A DNA stretch of 64,000 bases, from NCBI RefSeq assembly GCF_006345805.1, contig NC_043006.1:14508001-14572000 (forward strand), in the 5' to 3' direction. The notes beneath the pieces were generated by a model. It was not told the DNA's origin, searched no databases, and saw only the letters and a program-made list of their open reading frames with translations. Each line of letters starts with the position of its first letter. The first letter of the stretch is position 1. This DNA comes from Octopus sinensis. Taxonomy: Eukaryota. The position numbers were made by a program, and so were the translations under genes. This document shows, one piece after another, positions 42,966-57,650 of the stretch.

Positions 42966-45326
42966 TGTCCTTCTACCATCCTGGCATGTGTTGTATGGTA
43001 TGACAGGATTCTACAGGTTGGAGGAACATATGCTCCAATGTCTGCTTTGGCACAGGTTCAACAGTTGGGTGCCCTTCCTCATGGGACCAGAGCTAAAGAG
43101 GTTAATGGAGTTCACAAAACTAAGACCCCCTTTGAGAAGGAGATAGTTTTAGCTTGGTTGGGAGAATGAGATGGAGTAGGGTGGCAGCCAGTGGTAGATA
43201 TGAATTGAAGGGAAGGTAGGAAGTGAGTAAGAGATTGGATAGGGTTGAAGGATGAGTGGTGGGTAAATTCTTTAAAAATAGGTATCGGCCACTGCATGTA
43301 GAAGAAACAGCTGCACTGATATGGGTATTTTGTGTAAATGCACAACAGCTGCTGGTAAAATATTTTGTGCTGATAGAAAAAAACCGAACATGAAATAAAG
43401 TGAGATCTGAAGAAGAGATAAGATAAAGAGAAGGTATGCTTCACTGTAGACCTGATCAAACCATGCCAGGAAAATTGTGATTATGATCTCTAGCTACTGA
43501 AACTAGTTTATGAACTCGGTTTGTTCAGAATGTATTGCTCTATCATTGAACTATTTGCACTAGATAATCACATATTACAGTGTGTTGTAGGTACCATGAT
43601 GGAAAATGGTGTAAAAATATCTAAGCTCTCTAGAATCAACAATGGAGCCTCTACATGATTACCTGACCTGCTAAAAATGGAAACCAAATTTGCCTTCAAA
43701 AACCATCTTTAAAAAATACTCTACAAAACGCTTGTTGACCAGGATCCTGGTGGTAGGCACTCAGTGCTGCTGTTTTGCTCCAGTTTCAAGCATCTTTTTC
43801 CATACTAGCATGGGTTAGACACTTCTCACAGCATGTTGCCAGTTGAAGTAGTCCCTTGTTTCTGGCATGTACAGCAATAGAGGAAACCAATTACCTTAAA
43901 TCCTTGAATATAATATGCAGGGGATTTTTAGGGGGCTGTACCTCTGAAAAGCCTAAACCTTGTGTATGATACGTACCCCTTCTCTAACTTGAGTCAAGGA
44001 GGTCTATATAACGTCCTTTATTATTATTATTATATATGTAACATAATGCAAACGTGTAGCTTTTTTGTGCATTTTGTTTGCAGAAAATAAAGAAATAACG
44101 TTTAATAAATATTGCTTACTGCAAGTTATGGATGATTTAAGGTATTTTCATGCCCAACATCACAAAATGCATCTGAATAAACATTGCCGGACAGCAAATA
44201 GAGACTCAGTCATTGCTTAGAAAATAATTTTCATTTTTAACCTCGTGTATAATACACACTAGGGATTTTGACCTTTAAATTTTGGGGAAAAAATGCGGAT
44301 TATACTTGAGGACTTACAGTACCTTTGTGTGAGTGTCTATTTTGTTAGTACTTTTCCAATAACAATTACTTGACAGTGTAGACGAGGTACATTTTATCAT
44401 TCCATCAGCTCTAGACAGCACCTTTGACAAAGCTAAAGAATCCCTTCTACCCTACACTGCTTCCATTCATACCTTCTCTTATTTGTGTCTTCACAATTGG
44501 ATATCATTCTTATTAATCATTTGACAGTGTAAACTAGGTGCATTTTATTCTACTGGCACTAGATCACCTTTGACAAAATAAATGAATTCCCTCAACCCTA
44601 CATTGCCTTTCTTTATACTTTTTTTTAGGGGTGATATAGTTGAATGCCTTTCCTAGCATCAACCACTTTACAATATGGAATAAAAGTATTTTGTTTTTCC
44701 ACCAGCACTAAAAAAATTATTTCCAACAAGATGCAGGCGTGGCTGTGTGGTAAGAAGACAGGAAGCGTTAGTACGCCAGGCAAGATGCTTAGCGGTATTT
44801 CGTCTGCCGCTACGTTCTGAGTTCAAATTCCGCCAAGGTCGACTTTGCCTTTCATCCTTTCTGTGCTGATAAAGTACCAGTTGATATAATTGGCTTTACT
44901 CTCTTCTCAAAATTCATGGCTTTGGGACAAAATTAGAAAGTATTATTAAAATGGTGTTTGAAACATAAATTAATATGCAAATACAATGGCAACTTTTAAT
45001 TTTTTTATCTTTTACTTGTTTCAGTCATTTGACTACAGCCACGCTGGGACACCACTTTGAAGGGTTTTAGTTGAACAAATGAAGTCTATTAGTCTCTTGT
45101 TGAACTGCTAAGTTATGGGTACATAAACACACATGCAGTGGTGAGAGACAGACACAAAGACACACATACGTAGATATATACATATATTAGTGTTAGGAAG
45201 GGGATCCAGCCATAAAAACCATGCCAAAACTGACACTGAAGACTGGTGCAGTCTTCTGCCTGGCCAGCTCCAGTCAAACCATCCAGCCTATGCCAGCATG
45301 AAAAGCTAACATTAACTGATGATAAT

Positions 45327-45699
45327 ATCACCCGGTGTTGCTTGGGTTTGTTTCGACCCTTTAGAATTGGAATTTTTGAAAAGTAAAAAATTTTGCATTA
45401 TGCAACTTGTTATTCTCTTCAAGTGAACATTTTTCCAGTTCAAATACACCGAAAAATGGTGACGCAGTAGTCAAAAATCGTAAAAAATAGGGATTTTTAT
45501 AGAAAATTTTGATGTAAATAATTTTTGGTGTTAACATGGTCCAATTTGAATTTTATCTTCTACAGAATGAAGAGCAAGCCTTCTTCTATCATACTCTCAA
45601 TTTTCGTCAACTTGCGCTGCAGGGTCTCGGAGGAGATAGTGTTAGTTGAAAGCTACCAAACCTGCCATACACAGACAACTTCAGCTTTATATATATAGA
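45327..45699 (-). mobile_element. Non-autonomous Helitron, copy of 425-788
   Basis: Reverse-complement match over about 370 bp. Confidence 0.7.
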
Positions 45700-47140
45700 T
45701 TTGCTACACACTACTTTCATCCTTAATAATGAAACTTGGTAGATCTAAAAGTTAAACACACAGACACACAAGTTGAGTTTTATATATATAGATTTCTCAA
45801 CGGGGGTTTCAGGGAGTCACTGGCAATGTATCATGATGATCAAAAATCCGGCCTGCTAAAATTTGGTTAAAGTGATTCAAACTGCAGATTCAACGCAAAA
45901 TGGTCACATTTAATTCAAAGCGTTAAAAATGTTATGAAAACAATTGGTATGTGTTCACAAAGTCCAAACGATTAATACGAAAAAACCCTCCAGGCTACAT
46001 CCCGAAAATTCATTTCTTTCCCTAATTTCTACAATGTTTACGGCAATTCGTTTTTATATCTTGATTTTTTATTTTTTATGCAATTTACGCATGCTTGCAC
46101 GCGTGGTGAACACAGTTCACATCAAACAGCTAACTGAGTAAAGTTCACTATTCAATGCATGGGATAAGGCCTAAACAAATACATTATCGATTTTTGCACT
46201 TGCGAGATGAATTTCGGGACAGAAATAGCGCAGTTCAATTTTCATTCGCCTAAACTTTAAGTGACTCATTTTTTGTGGTTCTACGATTTGTTGGCTTGGA
46301 GGAGATGTGCCGGGAAGTTAAACACACAGACACACAAGTTGAGTTATATATATATATATATATATACACATTTTGGGGAAAAAAATCCTTTTATATCTTC
46401 ATTATTATTAGCGCCTTCGTTCATCATCATCATCATCGTTTAACGTCCGCTTTCCATGCTAGCATGGGTTGGACGGTTCAACTGTACCAGGCCAGTCAGA
46501 TCTGGCAGTGTTTCTACAGCTGGATGCCCTTCCTAACGCCAACCACTCCGAGAGTGTAGTGGGTGATTTTATGTGCCACCGACACAGGTGCCAGACGAGG
46601 CTGGCGAACGGCCACGCTCGGATGGTGTTTTTTATGTGCCACCGACATATATGTTCCTAAACATATATATACAAAACAGTCTTCTTTCAGTTTCTGTCTA
46701 CCAAATCCACTCACAAGGTTTTGGTTGACCCAAGGCTATAGTAGAAGACACTTGCCCAAAATGCCATGCAGTGGGACTGAACTGGAACCATATGGCTGAG
46801 AAGCAAAGAAAGTTGGTATTATAGAACCAGGGACAGTCTAGTCTCAGGCAGGTTGGCATGAAAAGAATTAAGAGGGTTTCAGTTCACACTATCAGTGTAG
46901 GGGTGGGATGGCCTAGGTGGTTGTTTTTTTGTAACCCTAGGTCACCCCTGGTCAAACAGGCTTGTGATCAAAGGTATTCCATCTATGACCAGCCCATCAC
47001 CCAACCTGCTAGAAATAGCAACCAAATCTTATTTCAAACCACATCCTACCTTCTTAAAAATGGACATCTTGTATAATGAGCCCTTGGGTTCCATGCAAAA
47101 TTGATACAACAGGAATGCCCTTGATCTACTAAAGAACAAT

Positions 47141-47680
47141 ATCATCATCATCATTTAGCGTCCGTTTTCCATGCTAGCATGGGTTGGACGGTTCAACTGG
47201 GGTCTGTGAAGCCAGAAGGCTGCATCAGGCCTAGTCTGATCTGGCAGTGTTTCTACGGCTGGATGCCCTTCCTAACGCCAACCACTCTGCGAATGTAGTG
47301 GGTGCTTTTTACGTGCCACCCGCACAGGTGCCAGACGGAGCTGGCAAACGGCCACGAATGGATGGTGCTTTTACGTGCCACTGGCACAGGGACCAGGTGA
47401 GGCTGGCAACGGACATGAATGGATGGTGCTTTTACATGCCACCGGCACGGGGGCCAGGCGAGGCTGGCAACGGACATGAATGGATGGTGCTTTTGCGTGC
47501 CACCGGCACAGAGGCCAGTCAGGGCGGCGCTGGCAACGGCCACGAACGGATGGTGCTTTTTATGTGCCACCAGCACGGGGGCCTGGCAACGGCCACAAAC
47601 GGATGGTGCTTTTTACGTGTCATCGGCACGGAGGCCAGTTGGGGCGGCGCTGGCAACGGCCACAATCGGATGGTTTGCTT
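47141..47680 (-). mobile_element. RTE-related 3' UTR repeat copy with ~6 internal subrepeats
   Basis: Same family, with tandem ggatggtgcttttacgtgccac...ggcaacgg units. Confidence 0.85.
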
Positions 47681-48574
47681 AACTGTTCGTGCAATGTGGA
47701 GATAGCAAAAGTGGTTGAGTTCCAGACAAAATTACTTGTGGCAATCTGTAACATCTCTTTACAATGCGTGTTCAGGTTTCATCAGAGTCAAGATGTCATT
47801 CTTTTGCATTAATAAAATAAATAGAAGTGAAGTATGGTAGTGGCTGTGTGGTAAGTAGCTCGCTTACCAACCACACGGTTCCAGGTTCATTCCCACTGTG
47901 TGGCAACTTGGGCAAGTGTCTTCTACTATAGCCTCAGGCCGACCAGAGCCTTGTGAGTGGATTTGGTAGACAGAAACTGAAAGAAGCCCATCATATATAG
48001 TTAATCCAAACAAGAACGCACAAAAAAACACAACAACGCGAGGACGTGGAACAAATATAGTATTATTGGATGGTCAGGAAAGAAGGAGGGTTTAACGTTT
48101 CAAGCGGAGCTCTTCGTCGGAAACATAGAAGGGAAGACAGAGGAAAAAATCGCCAACGGTACGCACGCGGGTGTTTGTGTGTCTGAGTTTGTCTCCCCGA
48201 CATCACTTCACAACCAATGCTGGTGTGTTTATGTTTCTGTAACTTAGCGGTTTGGCAAAAGAGACCGATAGAATAAGTCCTATGGTCGATTTGCTCGACT
48301 AAAGGCAGTGCTCCAGCATGGACACAGTCAAATGACTGAAACAAATAAAAGAGATATGGAATCATTTAAATTGATTGTTCTGTTTCTTAATCTTTTTGAT
48401 ATCAACCTGCCTGAACCACTTTTGGTTCTGCGATACAAATTTCGTGTTTTAAAGTCAACTAAATAAAATCATTCATCAAAATTTCATGGCAATTTATGTC
48501 CCGAATACCAGATTACCAATGACAAATATATTTTACTAAATTCTTCATTATTTTTCAAAATTTATTGAAACAAA

Positions 48575-48736
48575 GGCGCAGGAGTGGCTGTGTGGTAAGT
48601 AGCTTGCCTACCAACCACATGGTTCTGGGTTCAGTCCCACTGCGTGGCATCTTGGGCAAGTGTCTTCTGCTATAGCCTCGGGCCGACCAATGCCTTGTGA
48701 GTGGATTTGGTAGACGGAAACTGAAAGAAGCCTGTC

Positions 48737-48792
<56 letters not shown>

Positions 48793-48955
48793 ATATGTTT
48801 GTATGCTGGTGTGTTCACGTCCCCGTCACTTAGTGGTTCGGCAAAAGAGACCGATAGAATAAGTCCTTTGGTCGATTTGCTCGACTAAAGGCGGTGCTCC
48901 AGCATGGCCGCAGTTAAATGACTGAAACAAGTAAGAGTAAAAGAGTAAGAGTAAA
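48575..48955 (+). mobile_element. tRNA-derived SINE family A
   Basis: As 6349-6755. Confidence 0.85.
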
Positions 48956-49080
48956 AGGCTGTGTATTCCAACAGAAATATGATAACAAAAGGGTTAACCC
49001 TTCAGCATTTAAACCAGCCAAATCTGGCCAAAATATTCTATGTTTTATGTTGAAACTGGTCAGATGTGGCCTTTTACATC

Positions 49081-50260
49081 TATCTATCTAGGGTGGGTAA
49101 AATTCCTGAGATCCATGGATGGGTTCTCTCCACCAGTCTTTGTCTCTCGTCATTGCTGCCATGTTCTGTGTCTCCCAAAGACCAGTGTCTATCCTTAGGG
49201 CATCAAAACACATCATCATCCTCGGTCTCCCTCTTCTAGTGTGTCTGTGTAGGGGCTCCCACAGGAGAACTGAGTGAAGTATCAACTCTGACTGACGGTG
49301 ATCATGTCCAGCTAACCTCAATTTCCTCTTTGTTATTTTCAAGCTAACTTTTGGGAGGCTCTTCTACAGTTCTGAGTTCTTCATCCTCATTGAATACTGA
49401 TTAATGTTCAGAACCATCCTCAGCATTTTTGTGTAGCACCCATCCACCATCTGAGTGAGTTTCTTGGTCAGTGTCCAAGTCTCAGACCCATACAACAGCA
49501 CAGACTCTCCTGCAGCAATAAAGAGACAGATCTTCAGGTCTTTAGGAAGGTCTGACTTCCATACAGATCTCAAACTGTAGCATGCTATCAAGGCTTTGCT
49601 CTTCCTCTCAACTACATCACCCTCTGTGTTCCCAATCTTTGCCCCCAAATACAGGAAGTCCTCAACCAACTCTAATGATTTCCAGCCTACATTTATAACC
49701 TTTTCTGGCTTCTTAATGTTCTCTACTAGTGTTATGCATTGTTTTGTTCTTGATGGGATGATAGACAACTCAATGAAGGCATTGTTATTGCTTTACGTGT
49801 TTATTTTGCTTAACCTGTTGCGAATTGCAGTGGAGTGATACACATTGTGCGTATCTGCTTTAGACACAGCTTGTACTGTTTACTAACAAATAGTGCCAAA
49901 AGTGGGGATGTGTTCTACACACGTATACACATAGATATGAATGTGTAATAACTAGATACTTTGTCTTAATTTCATTCATTTTTATCATTGTGGTGGACTG
50001 TTGTATGTGCCTTGCATTGGAGAAACATCAGAACTCTGGCTTTAATGTAGCACCGGCTCAGAGCAGGAGGGTCGTGGCTAAAAAGATATCAGATGCTGAA
50101 TTTGCTGACGATATAGTTCTGGTGACAAACACAGTTTGTCACCAGAACTATGTCGTGAGGGAGGCAGATAAGTTGATGCAGGAGGTGGAGACAGTTGCTA
50201 AGTGTGGGGCTGAATATGAATTAAATTAAGACGAAATATCAGGTAGAGAACATTAAGAAG
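49081..50260 (-). mobile_element. 5'-truncated, 5'-inverted RTE-clade LINE insertion with approximate target-site duplication, nested in a MITE
   Basis: Minus strand 49088-49726 encodes VEDFLYLG...VLLYGSETWTLT...RKLRLAGH...RRGRP. Plus strand 49990-50260 encodes the RT motif FADD (50101-50112). Flanked by cttttacatc and ctttctacatc. (TAGA)n tail at 49081-49090. Confidence 0.8.
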
Positions 50261-50696
50261 CTTTCTACATCAACCCTAAAATATCATTCTAAAAATTTAC
50301 AGTTTCTTCCTCGAAATCTCAAAGCTACAAGATAATGTATGATTAATTTAAAACAATGTGAATAAAAAGGCGTTACTTTTGAGTTAAATTGAAAAAATAA
50401 TGCTTCCTATAATAAAAATGATAATTCATGCCAAGTGATTTGCAAGTTGTGACGTGCAGCAATCCATCTATTTGGTAAGTTGGCTATTTTGAGAGTAGAA
50501 AGACAGCAGCTGGTTTATTGGTTTTGATAGTAACTAGTTCAATGCGATATGAAAGAGAAAGCTTGTGATGACTAATTTGGTAAAGATAGGGCAAGTTGAC
50601 CATTATGTAATTCTTCAACTCAATGAAGATCACACATGTAAGCTCACACACACACATATGTAACCAAGTATATATATATAAATATATATGTATGCA

Positions 50697-50743
<47 letters not shown>

Positions 50744-51804
50744 CATCATCATCATCATTTAACGTCTGCTTTCTATGCTAGCATGGGTTGGATGATTTGA
50801 CAGAGGTCTGGTAAACCAGATGGTTGCACCAGACTCTAATCTGAGCTGGCAGAGTTTCTACAGCTGGGTGCCCTACCTAATGCCAACCACTCTGAGAATG
50901 TTGGTGCTTTTACGTGCCACCACCACGAGGGCCAGTCAGGCAGTACTGGCAACAGCCACGCTCAAATGGTGCTTTTTATGTGCCACCTGCACAATATATA
51001 TCATCATCATCATCATTTAGCGTCCGCTTTCCATGCTAGCATGGGTTGGACGGTTCAACTGGGGTCTGGGAAGCCAGAAGGCTGCACCAGGCCGAGTCTG
51101 ATCTGATATGTATGTATATTTATATGTGTGTATATATATATATCATCATCATCATCATCATCATTTAGCGTCCGCTTTCCATGCTAGCATGTGTTGGACG
51201 GGTCAACTGGGGTCTGTGAAGCTGGAAGGCTTCGTCAGGCCCAGTCAAATCTGGCAGTGTTTCTACGGCTGGATGCCCTTCCTAACACCAACCACTCCGC
51301 GAGTGTAGTGGGTGTTTTTTACGCGCCACCTGCACAGGTGCCAGACAGAGCTGGCGAACGGCCACAAACGGATGGTGCTTTTACGTGCCACCGACACGGG
51401 GCCAGACAGAGCTGATATATATATGCATGTGTGTGTGAGGGGCACATGGTCAAGTGGTTAGGGTGTTGCATTCATGGTTGAGAGATCAGGTTCTCAATTC
51501 CTAGACCTGGTATGATACCATCCTCAGCAGATACCATTTGGGAAGCCTTCCCAAAATATTACTGCTTGCATGCAAAACAATTTGGTTAAGTCTTTCCTGA
51601 ATACCTCTCCCTGCTGTTTGATGATATTTTTGAAAATTAATGTAGAGCTCTCCCTATAGATTCTTCCATCAATAGGTGAAATATATTGTGGATTAAATAT
51701 ATGAATTACATATTCTAATTAGGTTTGAAATTTCTGCAGTATCTTTGGCTCCCGAGCTTACATCAGATCGTCAGCATTATATTTTTTATCCATGTTATTA
51801 TATT

Positions 51805-52183
51805 AATAATAATGAAATTATTGTATACAGTGCTCAGGTGCACCACAACTTGTCAAAAAGTGCGTATAAAGCATCTGCAGTAATGTACAAATGTCTGGAA
51901 AGTGAACAGTGTATGAGTCAGATACATGCTTGTGCGTGTATGGAGGGGAGAAAATCAGGTGTAGTGTTGGCGAATCTCAGGAAGCATGGAAGTTTTGAAG
52001 GATGCAGTGCTCCGACAACTAACAACTGATGCTGGCAGTTTGTTCCATGCTTCAGCAGCTCTTAGCATGAAAAAATGTTTCTGAAAGTCATGGGAATTGT
52101 ACTGTTTTCTGACTTTGTAAACATGTCCACGGGTGTTAGACAGGTGGTATTTGAAAAGGTGCTCAGAGTTATCGTTGGTAAGA
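51805..52183 (-). mobile_element. CR1-clade LINE 3' fragment
   Basis: Same family as 8492 and 15820. Confidence 0.8.
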
Positions 52184-52574
52184 TCATCATCATCATCATT
52201 TAACGTCTGTTTTCCATGCTAGCATGGGTTGGACAGTTCGACTGGGGTCTGGTAAGCCATGGAGGCTGCACCAGGCTCTAGTCTGATTTGGCAGTGTTTC
52301 TACCGCTGGATGCCCTTCCTAACACCAACCACTCCGTGAGTGTAGTGAGTCTTTTTTACATGCCACCGGCACAGGGGCCAGAGCGGGCTGGCAAATGGCC
52401 ACAATCGGTTGGTGTTTTATGTGTCATTGACACGGACGCCAGTCAGATGGTTAATAATTTTTTCAAAGAAGAGAAACAATTTTATGACATGTATTATAAT
52501 TAGAATGTTGTTATCACTATGGGGAGTTTATACATATGGCAATGTGGAGTTTGTTGAATTACAAATATAGTAAG

Positions 52575-53120
52575 CTTCACTGGATATGCAACGTTGGGGT
52601 GCATATATGACAGAGAGTTAGCATCTTGAGAGAAAAATTGGGTACAAGAGGCATCAGATGTAGTGTGCAAGATAGAAAACTGTGCTGGTGTGGCCATGTG
52701 ATGCCGTTGGATGAGGACAGCTGCATAAAGAAGAGCTGGTCTCTAACTATGGAGGGAACCTGTGGAAGAGGTAGGCTCAAAAAGACATGGGATGAGGTGG
52801 TGAAGGTATGATCTCCAGAGACAATGACAAGTGATCAAAACCTTTGGTAATGTGCTGTGCTTGAGAAGACCCATCAAACCAAGTGAAATTGTAGTCATGG
52901 ACAGTGCTGTGCTGGTTCCACATAAAAAGAACCCATGCCAGTGACACGTAAAAGACACCCTGCACATTCTATGGAGTGGTTGGCATTAGGAAGGGCATCT
53001 AGCCATAGAAACCAAGCCAAAATAGGCTGGGGTCTTATGCAGTTCTCTAGCTTACCCGTTCCAATCAAACTGTGTAACCCATGCTAGCATAGAAAATGGA
53101 TACTTAAATAATGATGATGA
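52575..53120 (+). mobile_element. Degenerate RTE-clade LINE 3' end (ORF2 C-terminus, 3' UTR, (GAT)n tail); links the abundant CATCATCGTTTAACGTCC family to an RTE LINE
   Basis: LREKLGTRGIRCSVQDRKLCWCGHV...GRGRLKKTWDEVVK resembles the RTE RLRWxGHV...GRPxKTW C-terminus and continues into the shared 3' UTR. Confidence 0.75.
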
Positions 53121-55639
53121 TGGTGGTGGTGGTGGTGGTGCTTGGTGGTTGTGGTGGTGGTGGTGGTGGTGGTGGTGATGATGATAATACTGATAAATAT
53201 ATTATCTCTGTATCACTGTATTGATCAGGCTATTGGCTGTTGGTATATACCACAGGTCACAAAAGTGTTTCCTCACATTCTTGCAGTTTTCAAATGATAC
53301 CAGATTTTGCTGGTTAGGTGGGGAGGAACATGAAATGATGTGTTTTGCTCAAGAACACAACACACCACCAGTCTGGGAATCAAAATCATAATCGTGTGAC
53401 AGTGAGTGCAACATCTTTACCGCCAGGCCATGTATCTTCACAAATATATTATAAATAAATTATGATGCAGCACAAAGTTTTGTCAGTGAACAGGTCACGG
53501 TCTCAAAGCGATGAAAATATTTTGACAAATTAAATTTAAATGTTGAAGTGAATCTAACGGTTTTTGTGTGTTTCTTAAATGGCTTATAAACACCTTCCAC
53601 GCTGCAATTGTTTTCGTTCCATCACACGATCTCTGATCAGGTCACTTGCTATGCAAGTACATCTCAGTGATAGACGTTTTGTGATGAAATGGTTAGTAAT
53701 CAACTATATCAAAATTGGCTTATCTGAGATATGTAAGCCAACTTTAAACTGATGCACTGTTGGTCCAAAGTGCTAATCTAAGACTGTTCTTGGTATTATT
53801 GTTGATTTTATCTAGTATATTTTTACTGATTCTTCCTTATTCAGATTTTATGTCAGCATGTGGTTAAGAGAATTGCCTCCCAACCCTGTTGATTTGAGCT
53901 CAGTGTTTACGACTATAGCCCCAGGCTGACCAAAGCCTTGTAAGAGTGGAGTTGGTTGATGGGAAGTGTAAGACACACATGTATATTTGTATGTATGTAT
54001 GCATGTATCTATCTATCTAGCTAGGGAGAGTTTACAAAAGACGAAGACAGGTGGTGTACAAAACAAACAGATGTATTAGTATAATGCTCAGGAACTGAAA
54101 AAGTCTTTTACTTTTCGAGCCTACGCTCTTCTACAGAAGGGGACACAGAAAAAACAAGGAGAGAAAAAAATGTGTGTAGTGGCTACTATCTATCTATCTA
54201 TCTATCTATCTACCGTTATGCCCCGCAGCCTCCTGATACTACCAACAGGGCTCACACAGTCTGTGTCCATAGCTCAGAAACCGCAGGAGAGCTCAGCAAG
54301 CTAACTTGCTTAGAGAGGAAGGAGTAGTAGTTACAGAAGTCAGAAGAGTTGACGATAACTCTTACTGTAAATATAATCACTGTTCCCATTAACCACTGAT
54401 GTCCACTGTCACGTCGAACTGACTTATATACTGATTCCACTGTCTCTCGACACAATATACTCTGTCAACTGTTCAACACAAACTGCTCAGCATCTGCTGC
54501 CTCACATCGACTGGAGTAGAGGCACATGGTCTAGTGGTTAGAGCAGCAGACTCGCGGTTGAGGGATTGCAGGTTTGACTCTCAGACTGGGCGGTGTGTGC
54601 GTTTATGAGCGAAACACCTAAGCTCCACATAGCTCCGGCAGAAGGTAATGGCGAACTTCTGTTGACTCTTTCGCCACAACTTTCCCTCACTCTTTCCTCC
54701 TGCATCTTGCAGCTCACCTGTGATGGACCGGCGTCCCGTCCAGGTGGGGTACCTATATGCTATGGAAACCAGTAGACTGGCCCTTATGAGCCAGGCATGG
54801 CTCAAGAAGGAACAAACACATCAACTACCACATGAACCATTCACATTGACTGCTGTTCACATCAACTTCCAGCAGACTTCAAACCAACTACCTCACATCA
54901 ACCACTACATAAACCACTCATGTCAGCTTCCAGCAGACTTTGAACCACATGTTTCACACCAACTACTCATGCATGTCAACTGATGCACCTTGGCTCTCAG
55001 TACAGACTAAATTGCCACATGTTTGCCCACTACGCCATATGCCCGTGGGCATATGGTGTAGTGGTTAAGAGCACAGGCTACTAACCCCAAGATTCCAAGT
55101 TCGATTCTAGGCAGTGACCTGAATAATAATAATAATAATAATACTAATCATCATCATCATCATCGTTTAGCATCCGCTTTCCATGCTGGCATGGGTTGGA
55201 TGGTTCAACTGGGGTCTGGGAAGCCAGAAGGCTGCACCAGGCCCAGGCTGGATGCCCTTCCTAATGCCAACCACTCTGTGAGTGTAGTGGGTGCTTTTTA
55301 CGTGACACCAGCACAGGTGCTAGACGGGGCTGGCAAACGGCTACGATTGAATGGTGCTTTTTACGTGCCACCGGCACGGAGGCCAGGCGAGGCTGGCAAC
55401 GGCCACGATCGGATGGTAATAATAATAATAATAATAATAACAATAACAATAATAATAACAACAACATCGAAAAATACCATAGGAATAAGAACCCAGGTTC
55501 GAAATTTCCCCTAAGACACCTGATGAAGGCTGGAGGGTATATCAGCCGAAACGTGTTAACAACAAACAAGATGTGGACAAATATCCTGTCAAATGTAAAT
55601 AATGTAAATAATCGATGATAATGACGACGACAATGATTT

Positions 55640-55841
55640 ACTCTTTTACTCTTTTACTTGTTTCAGTCATTTGACTGCGGCCATGCTGGAGCACCGCCTT
55701 TAGTCGAGCAAATCGACCCCAGGACTTGTTCTTTGTAAGCCCAGTACTTATTCTATCGGTCTCTTTTGCCGAACCGCTAAGTGACGGGGACGTAAACACA
55801 CCAGCATCGGTTGTCAAGCAATGCTAGGGGGACAAACACAG

Positions 55842-55872
<31 letters not shown>

Positions 55873-55955
55873 CATATATACGACAGGCTTCTTTCAGTTT
55901 CCGTCTACCAAATCCACTCACAAGGCATTGGTCGGCCCGGGGCTATAGCAGAAGT
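55640..55955 (-). mobile_element. tRNA-derived SINE family A, 5'-truncated
   Basis: As 6349-6755. Confidence 0.8.
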
Positions 55956-57593
55956 ATTTTCATATGTATAAATGACCGTGAAGGCAAATGGCTTAGTGGT
56001 TAGGGTATTTGGCTCATGAGTGTAAAGTTAAGAGTTTGATTCTCAGCAGCGTGTTGTGTCCTTGAGCAAGACACTTTATTTCACATAGCTCCAGTCCACT
56101 CAGTTGGTAAAAATGAGTGGTACCTGTATTTCAAAGGGCCAGCCGTGTCACACTCTGTGTCATGCTGAATCTCCCTGAGGACTACATTAAGGGTGCACAT
56201 GTCTGTGGGATGCTCAGCCACTTGCATGTTAATTTCACGAGCCGGCTGTTCCGTTGATCGGATCAACCAGAACCTTTGTTGTTGCAAGTGATGGAGAAAG
56301 TTCCAGTATAAATGACCACAGGGGAAAAAAATTAATGTAGTATTAACTGAGGTCACGAAAACACAAAAAATCTGCAGGAAGTGGGTTTTTTTTTGTTTCT
56401 GATTAAGAGTTTTCATTCTAAAATCTTTAGTCCATCTCCTTAACTTTGGAAGTGGTGCCTGTGTTATTGAGAAAGGTCAATTGGGGTGAATCCATACATT
56501 CCTCCGATAGTCAAGTAGTAATTGACACTATTTATTTATCAATAAATATTGATGACTTTGCTTCACACCACATACACACACATGCATGCACACACGCACA
56601 CATGCACATACACACACCATCATCATCATCATCATTTAATGTCTGTCTGCCATGCTGGCATGGGTTGGACAGTTTGACAGGACACCCTTCTAAATGCCAA
56701 CCACTTCACAGCGTGGACTGGATGCTTTCTATGTAGCACCAGTACATGTATGTATATATATATCATCATCATCATCATTTAACATCTGTTTTCCATGCTG
56801 GCATGGGTTGGATGGTTTGACTGGGCTGGCATGCTGGAAGGCTGCATCAAACTCCAGTCTGATTTCGCATAAATTTCTATGGCTGAATGCCCTTCATAAC
56901 ATCAACCACTATGAGAGTGTAATAGGTGCTTTTACGTGCCACTGGCACAGGTACTATTTGCATGACATCGGGGTTCTTTTGCCCAACACTCAAAAAGAAG
57001 GACCAATATATCTATTATATAAAATCCATTCCGTCTGTCTGTGTGTGTGTCTTCTAGGATCTCTGGCATCCTATTGTTTGAATTTCTTTGAAATAGGAAA
57101 TATATGTTTACTGGATTTGTAAAAGAGAGCAAAGCTACAGGAAACCAGAAGACAAATGATCACAATAAGCAGTCAGCTACCCTACCCTAGTCGTTACCAC
57201 TCCCAATGTAGGATTCCTTACCATACAGGTGACAGGCACAGCTGTAAGGTGCATTATGAATCTATAGCAATTGGAAGGGTGTGACCCAACTGAAATAAAC
57301 ATTAACAACTGTGTGACGTGAGGGCTAAGGAGAAATGAAAGTTGGAGTTTGCAAATGGCAAATTGACATTATTATAGTATGTAAGATCTGTTGAAGATTA
57401 TTGTTAATACAATAATATTGTTGTTACTGATAAGCATAGAAGTGTATATATGTTCTAATGTATTTATATACATACATAATGTATGGTATATCCACTGGAA
57501 TATATTGTTTAATTGTGTTCATTAATGTATTTTGCGCTTGTGAATAGTATATACGCTTTGCTTATGTATGTATATGTGTGTATATATGTATTT

Positions 57594-57627
<34 letters not shown>

Positions 57628-57650
<23 letters not shown>

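Noticed and set aside
55046-55125. tRNA gene
   Set aside because: It has A/B boxes, but the acceptor stem does not close and it runs into an (AAT)n tail. This is a SINE head, as at 3307, 35385 and 54518.
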